From positions 117,924,001-117,988,000 of the forward strand of contig NC_043001.1 of NCBI RefSeq assembly GCF_006345805.1: a stretch of 64,000 nt of DNA, written 5' to 3'. This document shows positions 35,228 through 47,779 of the stretch, in pieces; the first letter of the stretch is position 1, and each line of letters starts with the position of its first letter. A program made the position numbers and the translations under genes. Source of the stretch: Octopus sinensis (lineage: Eukaryota). Under the pieces are notes generated by a model. It saw only the letters and a list, made by a program, of their open reading frames with translations. It did not search any database and had not been told where the DNA came from.

Positions 35228-37820
35228 TAAAAATCTGTATGTTAAGTCCGAGCACAAACCGTCCAGCGGTATTCTACCCACTAATGCTCAACCTACAACA
35301 AAATTCGATGCCGTCTATTGCAAGCTGAGCCTATCTGAGTTTTGCCTGCCCGTGTTGGCTGTCTACAGGCCGCCTCTTGCCGACCCCCAGGACGATGCTC
35401 ATTTACTCGAGGCGATAAGATTCGTTTCAGCTTCGCATGACTGTTTGGTACTAGGAGACTTCAACGCTCCCACGATCGATTGGCCCGCATCAATTTGTAC
35501 AACATCTTCCCGGTTCGGCCAGGCCCTTCTTGACGTGGCTGAAGATTGTTTTCTATCGCAACATGTTGAATATCCGACAAGGCATCGGTCTGGGCAGCAG
35601 CCATCTATGCTAGATCTGGTATTCTCCCGCTATCCAAGATCAGTGTCAGACGTATCTGTGTGCGCCCCTCTTGCCAAGAGTGATCATGCGGTCTTGAAGT
35701 TCGTCGTGCACACAACTTTTTCTACGCCCACGACTACTTCGCTGCCACGTAGAGTCTTCTCTGCAATTAATCTTGAAATTCTAACCGAGGCTTCCGCGCT
35801 TCTGGACTGGCGATCCCTGATGACGTTGTCCTCAGTTGACGAACTATGGTCATCCCGCAAAGCATATGTAATCTGTTTGACTGACCAGGCAGTTCCCGTT
35901 GGGCTTCCCAAGAGGAAGAAACACAAGCCCTGGGTGACGAAGAAGGTTAAACGAGAACGTCGACTCAGAGATATTGCTTGGGCTGAATTCAAAAATCTGG
36001 ATTCGATTGCAGCTTTTGAGGTGTACAAAACTCAACGAGACCGAGCCGTGAAAATTGAAAAGAAAGAACGCTTCAGTTATGAATACAAAATCGCGGCAAA
36101 TGCCAGTAGCAATCCAAAAACCTTCTTTGCCCATGTCCAGCGGAATTCCCGCTTGAACAACCAGATTGCAACGTTGGTAGACTCAACAGGCGTATCGATT
36201 GAGGACCCTTATCAACAGAGTCAGTTATTTGCCGAGGCTTTTTCAACTATTTTCAAACAAGATGATGGTCGTGAACCCCCTCCATTTGTTAGATCGGTAC
36301 CTCCAATGCTTCGATTGGTCATCACGCGGGACGAAGTCAAACGTGTTATTCAAGGCCTCGATGTCAACAAGGGTCACGGCCCTGACGGCATACACCCACG
36401 GGTTATCAAAGCGTTGGCTCCGGTCATCTGCGAGCCCTTAACACGACTTTTCAATATGTCATTGGCGACGGGTGTTATACCTGCAGACTGGAGAACAGCG
36501 ATAATCTGCCCAATTTTCAAGAAAGGGAGCCGCGAAGACCCGCTTAACTACCGACCGGTTTCCCTTACATCAATAATCAGCAAGATGTTCGAAACCATCC
36601 TTAAGAAAAGTATGATGCTCCACCTCCTAAACACAGCCTCTATCTCTGAATCCCAACACGGCTTCGTGCCGAAGAGATCATGCTTGACCAACTTACTAGT
36701 AATGGAAGAATTGGTGACGCGCATCCTCGATGATAGTGATGCTGTTGACATCGTTTTATTGGACTTTGCCAAAGCTTTTGACTCGGTAAACCACCGCCTA
36801 TTACTTGTCAAGCTTCAAGCATATAGTTTCCATCCGGATATTGTACGATGGGTTGGTGCCTTCCTCTCAGATCGCTCCTTCCAAGTCCAAGTTAATGGTT
36901 CGCGGTCCGACGTCTCCAGTGCGAGCAGTGGCGTGCCTCAAGGTTCAGTGCTTGGGCTCTTATTGTTCTTAGTCTTCATAAATGACTTGCCCGACGACCT
37001 CACGCAACACACCCTTCTATTTGCCGACGATGTCAAACTGGTCGCTCCTCGCGGTGATATAGAGGATCTTCGTCGATGCCTCCACCAAATTTGGAGGTGG
37101 TCTAACGAATGGGACCTATGTCTGAACGTGTCAAAGTGCTGTCATCTGCCTGTTAGCTCTCCTCCTGCAACTCAACTTGATTTCGAGCCGGGTCGTCTGC
37201 TGCTGGAGAGGACCGATCAGGTAAAGGACCTGGGTATCTTGGTGAATTCCTCCTTTTCACCTTCGGCCCAGTGCGTCCATGCTGCCAACAAAGCACGCGG
37301 AATTCTGTTCTTGATTCGACGGTCATTCGGAATGCTCACAGCAGCCATATTCCTATCACTCTATGTCACGCTGGTGAGACCCATATTGGAGTACGGGATT
37401 CAAGCCTCTTCTCCTTATCTCCTTAAAGACATACAGCATCTCGAACGAGTCCAGAAGCTGGCTACCCGCATGGTTCATGGTCTCAAAAATTTGTCCTATG
37501 AAGAAAGGCTGAGGACGCTCGACCTTTATTCTCTAGAAAAACGCCGCCGCCGTGGTGATCTCATTCTCGCCCACAACATCATAAGCGGAAAGTGTAACCT
37601 CTCGAAAGAGCTGTTCTTCACTCCTGCTCCAGAGCGTCGGCTGCGGGGTCATTCCGAAAAGCTCTACCTGCGACCATTTCATCTCAATCGAAGGAGAGGA
37701 GCTTTCTCCGTCCGGGTTGCGGATCCGTGGAACAAGCTGCCAGACGAGATGGTGAAGATGCCGACGACCGCTCGGTTCAAAGTCTCCCTTAACCTCAAGT
37801 GGCCTGAACTCTTTACATGA
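33753..37820 (+). CDS. 1355-aa chimeric ORF: family B RT fused in frame to partial EN + complete RT of LINE family D
   Basis: Two full RT motif sets (YLDFSKAFD/FADDSK and LLDFAKAFD/FADDVK) separated by EN motifs VYRPP, LGDFN and LDLVFS. Confidence 0.7.
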   Translation: MGEILQKQYCSVFSNPDMTDLGCISDVTPQYTLSDITFGAPDVLAAIKEMKHNSAVGPDRFPACVLKMCQNQLAPPLANLWRNSLDAGYIPEDLLSQSVVPVFKKGNKSLAVNYRPISLTSHIIKVFERVLRSRMTHFLESHNMLNPNQHGFRNGRDCLTQLLHHFDDILRALGEGSNTDVIYLDFSKAFDRVDHKILLRKLSNIGVTGKLLQWIKCFLSNRTQHVVVEGVKSSPAKVSSGVPQGTVLGPLLFIIYINDITYTIKHSNIRTFADDSKLQKVINGVDDRINLQSDLLAVVQWAEKNNMLLNEDKFELIHFGREDALKLPYSLPSGEILMASNNIRDLGVTVDNNISWATHISSKVDMARRMCSWILRPFQSRDSHAIILLFSTFARPHLEYCCPLWSPYTKQNIMRIEAPQRSITKEIDGMSDLDYWGRLEKLKLYSLQRRRERYIICMMWKIFHQHCPNDVGITFKMHPRLGPRAIRPQQKSKNLYVKSEHKPSSGILPTNAQPTTKFDAVYCKLSLSEFCLPVLAVYRPPLADPQDDAHLLEAIRFVSASHDCLVLGDFNAPTIDWPASICTTSSRFGQALLDVAEDCFLSQHVEYPTRHRSGQQPSMLDLVFSRYPRSVSDVSVCAPLAKSDHAVLKFVVHTTFSTPTTTSLPRRVFSAINLEILTEASALLDWRSLMTLSSVDELWSSRKAYVICLTDQAVPVGLPKRKKHKPWVTKKVKRERRLRDIAWAEFKNLDSIAAFEVYKTQRDRAVKIEKKERFSYEYKIAANASSNPKTFFAHVQRNSRLNNQIATLVDSTGVSIEDPYQQSQLFAEAFSTIFKQDDGREPPPFVRSVPPMLRLVITRDEVKRVIQGLDVNKGHGPDGIHPRVIKALAPVICEPLTRLFNMSLATGVIPADWRTAIICPIFKKGSREDPLNYRPVSLTSIISKMFETILKKSMMLHLLNTASISESQHGFVPKRSCLTNLLVMEELVTRILDDSDAVDIVLLDFAKAFDSVNHRLLLVKLQAYSFHPDIVRWVGAFLSDRSFQVQVNGSRSDVSSASSGVPQGSVLGLLLFLVFINDLPDDLTQHTLLFADDVKLVAPRGDIEDLRRCLHQIWRWSNEWDLCLNVSKCCHLPVSSPPATQLDFEPGRLLLERTDQVKDLGILVNSSFSPSAQCVHAANKARGILFLIRRSFGMLTAAIFLSLYVTLVRPILEYGIQASSPYLLKDIQHLERVQKLATRMVHGLKNLSYEERLRTLDLYSLEKRRRRGDLILAHNIISGKCNLSKELFFTPAPERRLRGHSEKLYLRPFHLNRRRGAFSVRVADPWNKLPDEMVKMPTTARFKVSLNLKWPELFT

Positions 37821-37900
37821 ACACCACCCTGTACTTAACTCCATCTCCCCCTACATGGCCTTGCTATTTGCTTTTGAGCCAAATCAACTAACTAACTAAC
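35228..37900 (+). mobile_element. CR1/L2-group LINE family D, 5'-truncated with uninterrupted ORF2 and (CTAA)n tail
   Basis: No stops or frameshifts over ~2.6 kb to TGA at 37818-37820; short 3' UTR ending AACTAACTAACTAAC. Confidence 0.9.
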
Positions 37901-37982
<82 letters not shown>

Positions 37983-38084
37983 CATACATATATATACACA
38001 CATATACACATATAAATGTATGTATGTATGCATGTATGTATGTATGTATGTATGTATGTATGTATGTTTATAGATCGCTCAAAC

Positions 38085-39268
38085 ATGTATGTAATATATT
38101 TTGACTTTGCAAAGGCCTTTGATAAGGTCGATCACGAGATATGTTGCTAGTTACGAAGACTCGGCATTGTAGGAAAACTGTGATTGGTTACAAAAGAGAG
38201 AAACCAAACGGTGGCAGTCAATGTGGCTGCCGTAGCTTATGGTGGCTCTCTCGAACATGCCATTTGTTATGCAGACAGCCAACTTACTAGCTATGCCGAT
38301 GATAGAAAAGTAGTACAATCTAGGAAACTTCCGATAATAATCTTCTACAGAAAAAGTTAGATGCCATATATTATATAAATGGGCGGAAGAAAACAACATG
38401 CAATTTATTGCAAGTATATTCCAAGCCCTCCGCTTGGAATTTACTTGCAATACTTTGGACCAAAAGGAGAAGCAATCCCAAAGTCAAATACAGTGCGTGA
38501 TCTGTGGACTTATACGAGCAACGATGCCACGTTTCACGTGCACATTACCAAGATTGTGGCAGTGTTCAGACGAATGGCCCGATGGATTCTGAGAACCCTC
38601 AGAACAAAGGACCAGGAAACTATGCTTGTTCTATGCTGCACATTAGTACTCAGCCATCTGGATTACTGCTCTCGACTGTGGTCACCCTGCAGTCTCAAAT
38701 TAATAACGAATTTGAGGCAGTTCAGTGGTGCTACACCAGGAAAATTGCATCAATGGAACAGCTGAGCTACTGGGCGAGAATGAAAGGTCTACGACTCTAA
38801 TCTCTGGAGCGAAGATGTGAGAGGTAGGCAATGCTATATGTATGGAGGGCCCTGGAGGTGTTGGCACCAAACTTTGGTATCAAGAGCTATACTAACCCCC
38901 GAACTGAAGGTCACTGCATTGTTCCAAAGATCCCAGCTATGCCATATAGAGTGAGGACCATGTACTGCAGTAACTTGGGATTCAAGAGCCCACAGCTATT
39001 TAATGTCTTCCCAAAATATCTAAAGGATCTTAAAGAAGTAAAAGTGGATGTTTTCAAGAAACAGCTTAATCTCCTGCTGTCCAAGGTCCCAGATGGACTT
39101 ATATCACGGCAGGAAACTCAAAAGGGGGAAGCTGTGTAAAACTCCTTCCTTCATCAAAAATCAATCACATAAGAACGGCCATTGAAAAGGTATTGACACT
39201 CGCGGTGCTCCAATATGGCCACTGCCTTTGGGCTGAAACATATAAAAGAAACAAAAGAAACAAAAGAA
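38085..39268 (+). mobile_element. Older, heavily degraded CR1-like RT fragment related to family A
   Basis: [44 protein letters not shown]; 3' tail GGTGCTCCAATATGGCCAC..CTGAAAC. Confidence 0.8.
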
Positions 39269-39272
39269 AAGA

Positions 39273-39304
<32 letters not shown>

Positions 39305-39807
39305 TGTGGTGTGTATGTGGAAGTTGATAGTGTCATTGTGGGTGTTTCATACATATGTATGTATGTGTGCGCGAGCGCGTGTATGAAACCCCACTTTTGC
39401 CTCGTCCCTCCCTCCTACCTTGGCATTTTGTTTCTTTCTAATTAGCATATCTTTATTATCTTGCTGATAACATCGACAGGTTCTTAACCGTATTCTTTTT
39501 AGTTGTCGCGGAGACGAGCTAAAAGAGGATGAATGCAGTGTGAGATCACTTTGGAGTAATCGAGCCCTAGTGCTTGTGAGAGCATTTGTTTAGGAGAGGG
39601 TTGATAGGGTTCCTTAGTTATGCTTGGGTGGCTTGTGTACCCTCGCTATTGTTTTATGGGTATGTTTAGGAAAACAGTGCAATTGAAGTACGCTCTGAGA
39701 AAAATACTAGTTTTGACGGCGAACTTTATGTTGGTTTCCGACAAACTAAATTTCCAGCAGCAATTTAATACACAACTAACCGCCATCCATATCACAGATA
39801 CCTATTT

Positions 39808-40031
39808 CTTTACTACCCACAAGGGGCTAAACACAGAGAGAACAAACAAAGACAGACAAACGGATTAAGTCGATTATATCGACCCCAGTGCGTAACTGGT
39901 ACTTTATTTAATCGACCCCGAAAGGATGAAAGGCAAAGTCGACCACGGCGGAATTTGAACTCAGAACGTAACGGCAGACGAAATACCGCAAAGCATTTCG
40001 CCCGGCGTGCTAACGTTTCTGCCAGCTCGCC
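39808..40031 (-). mobile_element. tRNA-derived SINE family B
   Basis: Minus strand GGCGAGCTGGCAGAA (A box) and GAGTTCAAATTCC (B box), then TTTGCCTTTCATCCTTTCGGGGTCGA core; a related fragment lies at ~56080-56150. Confidence 0.75.
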
Positions 40032-42056
40032 GTTTAACCACTGTTGTCGAAGGACACGACAGGCTATCAAGGAAAGCTGTAAAGTCTACCATTTTCGTCC
40101 ACCAGTGAATGCAAACAGTTGGCCAACTTGCTACTGAAAGACCTCATACAAATGTCAGCAATTGAATATCATGTAATTGTCAATGTCTCTAAAAAGTGAA
40201 ATCATGACCTCGCTTCCACGTCCAACACTTTTTTTGCACCTTAGTTCTAACAAAATAACTTTCGTGCTTTGTATCGCAGAAATGATTTAATATTATTTCC
40301 ACCGCTATCACATAGAAGATCACGATCAGTTTTTTAATCGTGTCGTCCAATCAACTTTCTAGATTCCCCTTTTCTGTATCGCTACTTCTTTGCTATACCC
40401 TATCCATTCTAATGTAATAGCTTTTTTTCAGCTTTTTCAGCAACAGTTGTTGTCGATCGCACCCTTAATTTTATATTTAACTAATTCGCTAGTCTGGTTG
40501 CTGTAGAAAATATCGACATCGTTGCCACCAAGTCATATTTTTAGGAGAGTGGAATAGTTGCTTCGTGATTTTAATTGTTAGAAGTCATCATGCTGTGTAA
40601 CATTCGACAATAGCTTATTCTAACATAAGCAATGAAACTCGAGACTTCACAAGTAAATTATGAAATCGCTATGCAATCACTCGACCTGTTAGAAATGGCA
40701 GCTATATTTCAAATCATACTCTGTTCGCTTAAAATAGAAGTTCATTTAATAATGTGGTCGCAGATAAACTATGGCTGAAGAAAGACTTAATGTTCAGGAC
40801 TGAGTAGACCTATGGCTTGATAATATGTTTACTCTTTAAGGACGGACAAGAGGCTAAACAGCGAACTGAGGATTAAAGAGTGTTCATGACTTTCTCGAAA
40901 AGGATTATGTATATAAGCGAATTTGTTCCAAGTGAAAATCGAAACCGAGACCATGGACTAACTATAGTGATATCCTATGATCGCAAGTTCCATAGGAGTG
41001 GAATAAATTGTTGTAGACAACGCCTAGAGCGCGGCTTTCCGACCTGTATGCCGCCAAATTATATAGGTGTATTACAAAATTGTCCGAGACCACACTACTT
41101 TATGTCTGACTTATTCCATTCGCTGATTAAATTTAAATCATCGTTACCGATTTCGGTCTTACTATTGGCTACATGACATTTAATTAATAAAAAATATCTA
41201 TAACATCTCATTTTCAGCTTAAGTGCAGCCATCGAGAAAAGGTTGGAAATTATTGGCCTAAGGACACAACAATTATTGGCCTAAGGACATACAAAACGCA
41301 CGAGTGGCCGCTGCCGTTTCTATCCGGTCAATATAAAATTGCCTTTATTTTGTTACAATTCAATCTAAATGTGTCCTTTATTTTCATTGAACATGGTTAA
41401 TGACACGTTCATGCCAGGCCACACACTTATATTGAATTATGGTAGGCTTACAATACATTATATGCTACACCTTAAGGTAAAGTTTGGGCAAGTGATTTAT
41501 AACATTAATCTTGTGGAGACTAGCATGAGCAGGTGACGATGAAACATAATAGGGTAGCATTCAAACGGTCAAGTAGCTGACCCACGCAATGTTATAAAAA
41601 TCTCAACAAATAAATGTATAAAAGCATGTCAATGGACACAGCTGACCTCGAGATTTTGGAGAGTAGTCCAAAGGTAACCGTAAATGACTGATCACAATAT
41701 ACACACGCACTAAGAAATATATTTAGTGACAGATTGTGGGTAAAGACGGTGGAGCGGGAAATGAAGTCAGGTAGAAAGTGGAAGAGGGAGATACGTTTCT
41801 GTTTGTACAAAGCTGTGCTGGAGGAGAATCGTTTCTGAGAAATGAACGACCTAAACAATTGGCACTGCAATCAAGTTCAATCAATAATAATTACTTTAAA
41901 GTAGTAGTTATCAAACAGGAAGACGGGCGACATCAATTGAACTCGAGTGGGCTTGCAACAGACAGACGCAGACGTTGTCCAATCCAGCCAACGAACATTA
42001 ACGGTCACTTTGGAATCTAGCAAATTTTACCTGACTACACTTCGAGATCTTCACTT

Positions 42057-42096
<40 letters not shown>

Positions 42097-42225
42097 AACT
42101 TTTTCCTCCACCCAACTTCTATTTTTATACGCAGGTCACGTGCGGATCGCATGCCAGAATTATTAAAGCCCGCTTCGGATGACTATGACCGAGACGTTTT
42201 ATTTAGAGAAGGAATAAAAAAAAAG

Positions 42226-42264
<39 letters not shown>

Positions 42265-43016
42265 GTATAACAGCAACAACACTAGCCGAAGAATATAAAA
42301 ATGAAGGAAACAAAGAAATAAACTAAGAGCTTTAGTTGACAAATAAGCAACCCAGCTGTCTTCAACCGCGAGCCTTTGTTATGCGGTCGCTGGCAACTGT
42401 CTTCCTAAGCATAGGGGTTATTACATGTCTGATCGTAAAGAAGCGTTAGAGGCTCACATAAATATTGCATTCCTGTCCAAGCTATCACTTTCTATGAGCA
42501 AAGCGACACCTGAGAAAAGGAAGGGAGTCGGTAAGTGGTTCATGAAATGACTAACTCTTGTTAGCCTTTTCACTTATACATTGATACCAAACTAAAGTAT
42601 TTAAACTAGCAAAATATATTCCCACGTAATTGGACAATTTTCTTTAAATATAGTTTCCACGACCAAAGGCATGTTGAAATTTATTGGTGGATCGAAGTGG
42701 ACAGCAACTCTTTTTTTGCCTTTTTTTCTTTTAATCAATGGAATTAATATCTTCCATTAATGTGGTCCACCCAACTGGATATTCTGACTGTTTTCCGATA
42801 TAAAAGAAGGGCTTAACGACTCTGAATACAACAAAAGAAGAGCCAAAGTGGAAGCCTTTATGTAGTCGCTTAGCTTGTTGGAAATAGGTCAAAATACTCT
42901 CAGACCAAAAACATTCGCCTTAAAAATTGGATATATCGTTCACTTTTCAAATATGTGGTCCCAGGTTCCAGCCCACTAGCGGAGCATCTTGGCCAAACAG
43001 AATATACGCATACCAT

Positions 43017-43055
<39 letters not shown>

Positions 43056-43058
<3 letters not shown>

Positions 43059-43237
43059 TGGCTGTGTGGTAAGTAGCTTGCTTACCAACCACATGGTTCC
43101 TGGTTCAGTCCCACTGCGCAGCACCTTGGGCAAGCGTCTTCTACTATAGCCTCGAGCCGACCAAAGCCTTGCGAGTGGATTTGATAGATGAAAACTGAAA
43201 GAAGCTCGTCGTGTGTGTATGTGTATGTGTGTGTGTA

Positions 43238-43309
<72 letters not shown>

Positions 43310-43469
43310 TCTCTCGACTTCCCCGTAACTTAATGGTTCGGCAAAAGAGCCGATAGAATAAGTTCTAGGTTTACAATGAATAAGTCCTGGGGTCGATTTG
43401 CTCGACTAAAGGTGGTGCTCCGGCACGGTCACAGTCAAATGACTGAAACAAGTAAAAGAATAAAAGAAT
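43056..43469 (+). mobile_element. tRNA-derived SINE family A
   Basis: Same head, body and tail as 17651-18052, with an internal (GT)n. Confidence 0.88.
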
Positions 43470-43544
43470 ATATATATATATAGGGTGCGTAAGATATTTG
43501 AGGACAGATTTATGTTTATAAAAACAGATAATATCTTTATTTAT

Positions 43545-44100
43545 CAAAAAATGCTATGGGAACGAGAATGGGCCCCAACTACGTGAACCTGTTCATTGAC
43601 TATGTTGAGGCCCAAATATTCTCACAGTTCACTGGTTCCACTCCTGAACTATATGGTCATTATATCGATGACTGTATCGAAATGACCTCACTCTCCCGCG
43701 AACATCTTGACTCCTTCCTCTTCTTTCTCCAATCCTTCCATCCTGCCCTCAAATTCTCCAGCTCTGTCTGTAACTCTTCTATCGAATTTTTTGACATTTC
43801 TGTCAGAATACACCATTCCACTCCCACCACCTTCATCCACTACAAACACACAAACTCACATTCCTATCCACACCAAACTCTTCATCCCCTATTCTCAATT
43901 CCTCCGACTATACAGGCTCTGCAGTGACGACCATCACTTAGAGAGACCCAGTCTCAACTCATGGCCCACCACTTCACCCTACGTGGATATCCCCTCACCG
44001 TGTTTCAGCTCTTTCTCCTCGCACCCGTCTCCCCTCAACTATCACCCTCCACACTACCCTTCCAATGCACCATTCTCCAAACCTTCCGATGACTCCAGTC
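43545..44100 (+). mobile_element. Penelope-like reverse transcriptase fragment
   Basis: AMGTRMGPNYVNLF..YVE..HYIDDC..HPALKF..IEFFDISV..HYKHTNSHSY matches the Penelope RT motif series. Confidence 0.8.
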
Positions 44101-44109
44101 TGATCCCTC

Positions 44110-44604
44110 CACTTCGCACCGCTTCCGTCACATCTTCATCCGTAGGAAATCGACGACCTCGTAAATCCTCTTTGAGCGGTCCAAAGATATGATAGTCGGA
44201 AGGAGCGAGATCTGGGCTATAGGTAGGATGTTACAGCACCTCAAAACCCGATGTCTTGTTGGCCGTGTGTGAGCGTGCGTTGTCATGCAACAACAAAACT
44301 ACCTTCGACTACAGGCTTAGGCGTTTGGTGCAAATTGCTGGCTTCCGCTAGCTGACCAGCAAAACACTATCCTGCATTGTTGATCATACACCCCTTTTCC
44401 AGAGAAATCGGATCACTGATCTTTGTTCTTTGGTGCACATCGCTAGTGGAGCGGCCATGCTTACACTGTAAAGTCAGAAAGAAAAATGGTGCGATTAGGC
44501 TCAAACTTCGATCACGTGACTATAAGCACGCATGCGCAGAGGTCAGTGTAGTTATTATAAAGATATGTTATGGTGAAAGTGAGGATAATTTTTGACTTAC
44601 CCTC
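44110..44604 (-). mobile_element. Mariner fragment with one TIR
   Basis: Minus strand HPTYSPDLAPSDYHIFGPLK; TIR-like CACGAGGGTAAGTCAAAAATTATC at ~44583-44606. Confidence 0.7.
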
Positions 44605-44632
44605 GTGTGTGTATATATACACATTACATATA

Positions 44633-44685
<53 letters not shown>

Positions 44686-44686
<1 letters not shown>

Positions 44687-44897
44687 TGAACATTCATGGT
44701 GCATTTTAGAAAAACAAGTAAGGAGTCGATATCCTCTGAAGAATGGACAAAAATTCCATTGGAAACAATTCAACCTTTGTACGAGTCCATACCTCGTAGA
44801 ATTCAAGCTGTAATTACTGCCAAAGGCGGTCCTACCCCATATCAAAACAAATTTGTTTGAAATATTAAGGTGTTTCCATTATTTAGTGCAACCCCTG
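44686..44897 (+). mobile_element. Tc1 3' fragment
   Basis: IEHSWCILEKQVRSR..YESIPRRIQAVITAKGGPTPY, then TIR-like ..GTGCAACCCCTG|TA. Confidence 0.75.
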
Positions 44898-44905
44898 TAT
44901 ATAAA

Positions 44906-45920
44906 CTAGGAATGCATCCCGGCGTTGCCTGGGTGTTATGATTTCCAGCGACATTGTATTATTTGTTCCTTCCTTATGGGAAGAATTAGCACAGCTGATA
45001 TATAGTGAATTGGATTACTGGCGTAATGGAAGTTGCTGTTTGTTTAAAATTGAAGTGGCGAGGAGGATACAATTTGTTAGGGTTTGCATGAAAGTGCTTT
45101 CTGTTCTTAAAAAGGATCACAAACTATGTATTGTTTCATTGTATAAAAGGGGGTTAATATGATTTTGCCCAGAGATCATATTTTCAAAGTTTTAATCCCC
45201 CACCCCCACTTCCCATTCAATTTCTTAATTTGTAAATTTTTTCGAATTTTTTTTATTTATCTACGTAGAAAATAGAGATTACGAATCTGGGAAATATATT
45301 TATATATTTTTTAAAGTTTAATTTTCTCAAAGAAACACTCAATGCTCCTTCCTCCACCTCACCCACTCATCATCTATCCGCTTTCGAAAAGTAAAACCTC
45401 CCAATGTTTCACTTTCATCTGATGTTTCACGCATGCATAGAATTGTAGTGAAATATCAGGCGTAAAAAAATACCAGACCGCCACCAGAAAATCCAACATG
45501 CAAGAATTAAGAGGTAAACAACATTATTTCTGAAGAAACTTCCCCGCTTTCCAAAATGCGAAACATTGAGAATCTGTTGCTTTTTGAAAGTGGCGAGGTG
45601 ATGGGTGGATATTTGGGAAGGAGATTTTAGTGTTCTTTAAAAAAAAAGAAAGAAATTTTTAAAGATTGTTTTTCTGTTTTTTCTCCGTAGATTACCAAGA
45701 AAAAAAAATTGGAAAAAAAGTGAAAAAAATTCAGAAATTGAGATGGGGAAGGAGAAAATTTAAATATTGAGAACGTGTGTTTTGGGGTGAAATCCTAATC
45801 TCCTGTATCGAAAACATAGGGAAAAATTTAGGGGAGGCAAATGTCACATCGGACATGCTAGAAACAACAGGTAAAGGATAGGATTTCTGGGAAAACTTCC
45901 TTTTAAGTTTATATCGAAGA
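44906..45920 (-). mobile_element. Non-autonomous Helitron-like element
   Basis: Minus strand 3' end CCCAGGCAACGCCGGG hairpin + CTAG|T at 44906; plausible 5' A|TCTTCGATATAAA at 45920. Confidence 0.6.
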
Positions 45921-46479
45921 TCAGGTTTTTAAATACGCTCATCACAAGCAAGAATTACAGAATAGAAAAAAGGTCGTTTCAATTGGTATGTGTTGTCATG
46001 TATGTGTAAGTGGCACTCACTCGCTCTCTCTCACACACACACACATTGTCTTTCATATACACGTATATAAATACATATGCATACATCTTTTTGCATGTAT
46101 GTGTGCGTGTGCATGTAAGAGAGAGTGTGAGTGACTGTATTTCCTCATAACATAGAGAAATGGATGTCTTTTAAAGAAATTTGCTTTGATTGTGATTTAT
46201 TTTAATACAATATTTATGCGTACATTTTCATAAATGCTCGTCTGAGAAGAATTCTACGCATGAGTGAAACATTAGAAGCAAATCGAAATATTGTCTGAAA
46301 ATGACCTCAAAATTGTGCAACCCGACCTCGTTTCTGAGGTTATTTTAGTAGTAAAAATGAGTTGTTGTGGCAAAACATAGTTTATTTGGTAGCTGAAAGA
46401 TTACTGAATCTTTTGATGCCTCATACATCAAAATCGGTAACTCGGTTTTCGAATCCAGAAGGAGCACACACAGACAAAG

Positions 46480-47230
46480 CACGCAGAGTCAAGCCGCTTG
46501 GCACAGATTGACCTTGAACTCTGCTGTGCATGCTCACTTAGTGTTAAAGTTCTAACTCACTGCCATTGTTTACAGCAGTACTTCGAAGGATGGTGAAGCG
46601 TGTGATCATTGCATTGACCATGACAGAGAAAGTTGACATGGCGATACCTGCTCAGAAGCCTACGTGCAGAAAATGTATGGAGGGGGTGTATGAAACGCTC
46701 ACAAGTGTACGAGTGGTTCAGACGTTTACAAGATGGCCGCAAAAATATCGATATTGATGGATGTTCTGAAAGACCCACAACCAGCAGAATTAAGAAAAAT
46801 ATCGCAGATGTGCGTACAACTGTGAAGGGCAATCGTCGAATCAAAATCCGTGAGTTATCAGAGGATGTGCATATTAGTTACGGTTCAGTTCAGTCCATTA
46901 TCACTGAAGACTTGGGTATGAGACGCGTGTCTGCCAAGTTTGAGCCCAGACTGCTTTCAGCTGCACAAGATTGAGAATGATGAAAACTTTGCGTAGGCCT
47001 CTGGCAAAATTTGATGCAGATTCTCTGCTCAACTGTCTTTGTCATGATCAATGCAACGATCACACGGTACACACCTTCCTTCCAAGCACTGCTGTAAACA
47101 GCAGAAGTGAACTAGGACATTAAAACTTACTGCACATGCACACCAAAATTTAAGGTCAATCTGTGCCAAGCAGCTTTACACTGCGTATTTTGTTACACAG
47201 TCCAAGTACTTATTGATCAGACCACCTATA
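46480..47230. mobile_element. Two mariner 5' fragments in inverted orientation
   Basis: Plus strand VYEWFRR..RPTT..RRIKIRELSE..SVQSII..LGMRRVSAKF; minus strand MTKTVEQRICIKFC with TIR-like GGTGGTCTGATCAATAAGTAC; 46485-46640 is mirrored at ~47030-47180. Confidence 0.75.
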
Positions 47231-47779
47231 TATGGGAAAATGTGTCGATCAAGAAGGACTTCAGTTCATTTTCAGGTTTCATATTTAGATGTCTCTACTA
47301 AATTCATTCAGTTGTTAAACATAAATAAATCTTGGAGTTAAGTGGTTTTGACTTACTGTGAGGTGACTTTTGGTCAACCTTGTAGATATATATATATATA
47401 TAGATAGATAGATAGATAGATATACACACACACACAAGCTTGTGAATTTGGAAATTTAATTCCATTTCGTCTCAGCGAGATATATAATCACCGAGAGTGC
47501 ACAACTCCACAGGTGATCAGTGTGTCAAGTATACTGCAACAAAGAACACAGAATAGTTTTACACGTAACCTGTGTATATTTGTATACATTGTTTGCGAAA
47601 TCAGCAACGAGTTGCGTCCCTTCCCATGCAAAAGCTTCATCATTTCGTTGGAAATTGAAAAAATATGTACTGAGATTGACGTCTTCGACTAAAAAAACTT
47701 TGATGGGATGGTCGTGGCTGGAATGCCTTTCATCAAAGACACTAGATGTGATCTTAAATAAATTGTTGAAAAATTATAG

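Noticed and set aside
41778-42270. Protein-like ORFs and a good acceptor (TTTTATACGCAG at ~42134)
   Set aside because: No GT donor follows before the (AAT)n run and no homology is recognised; cannot be supported without RNA data.
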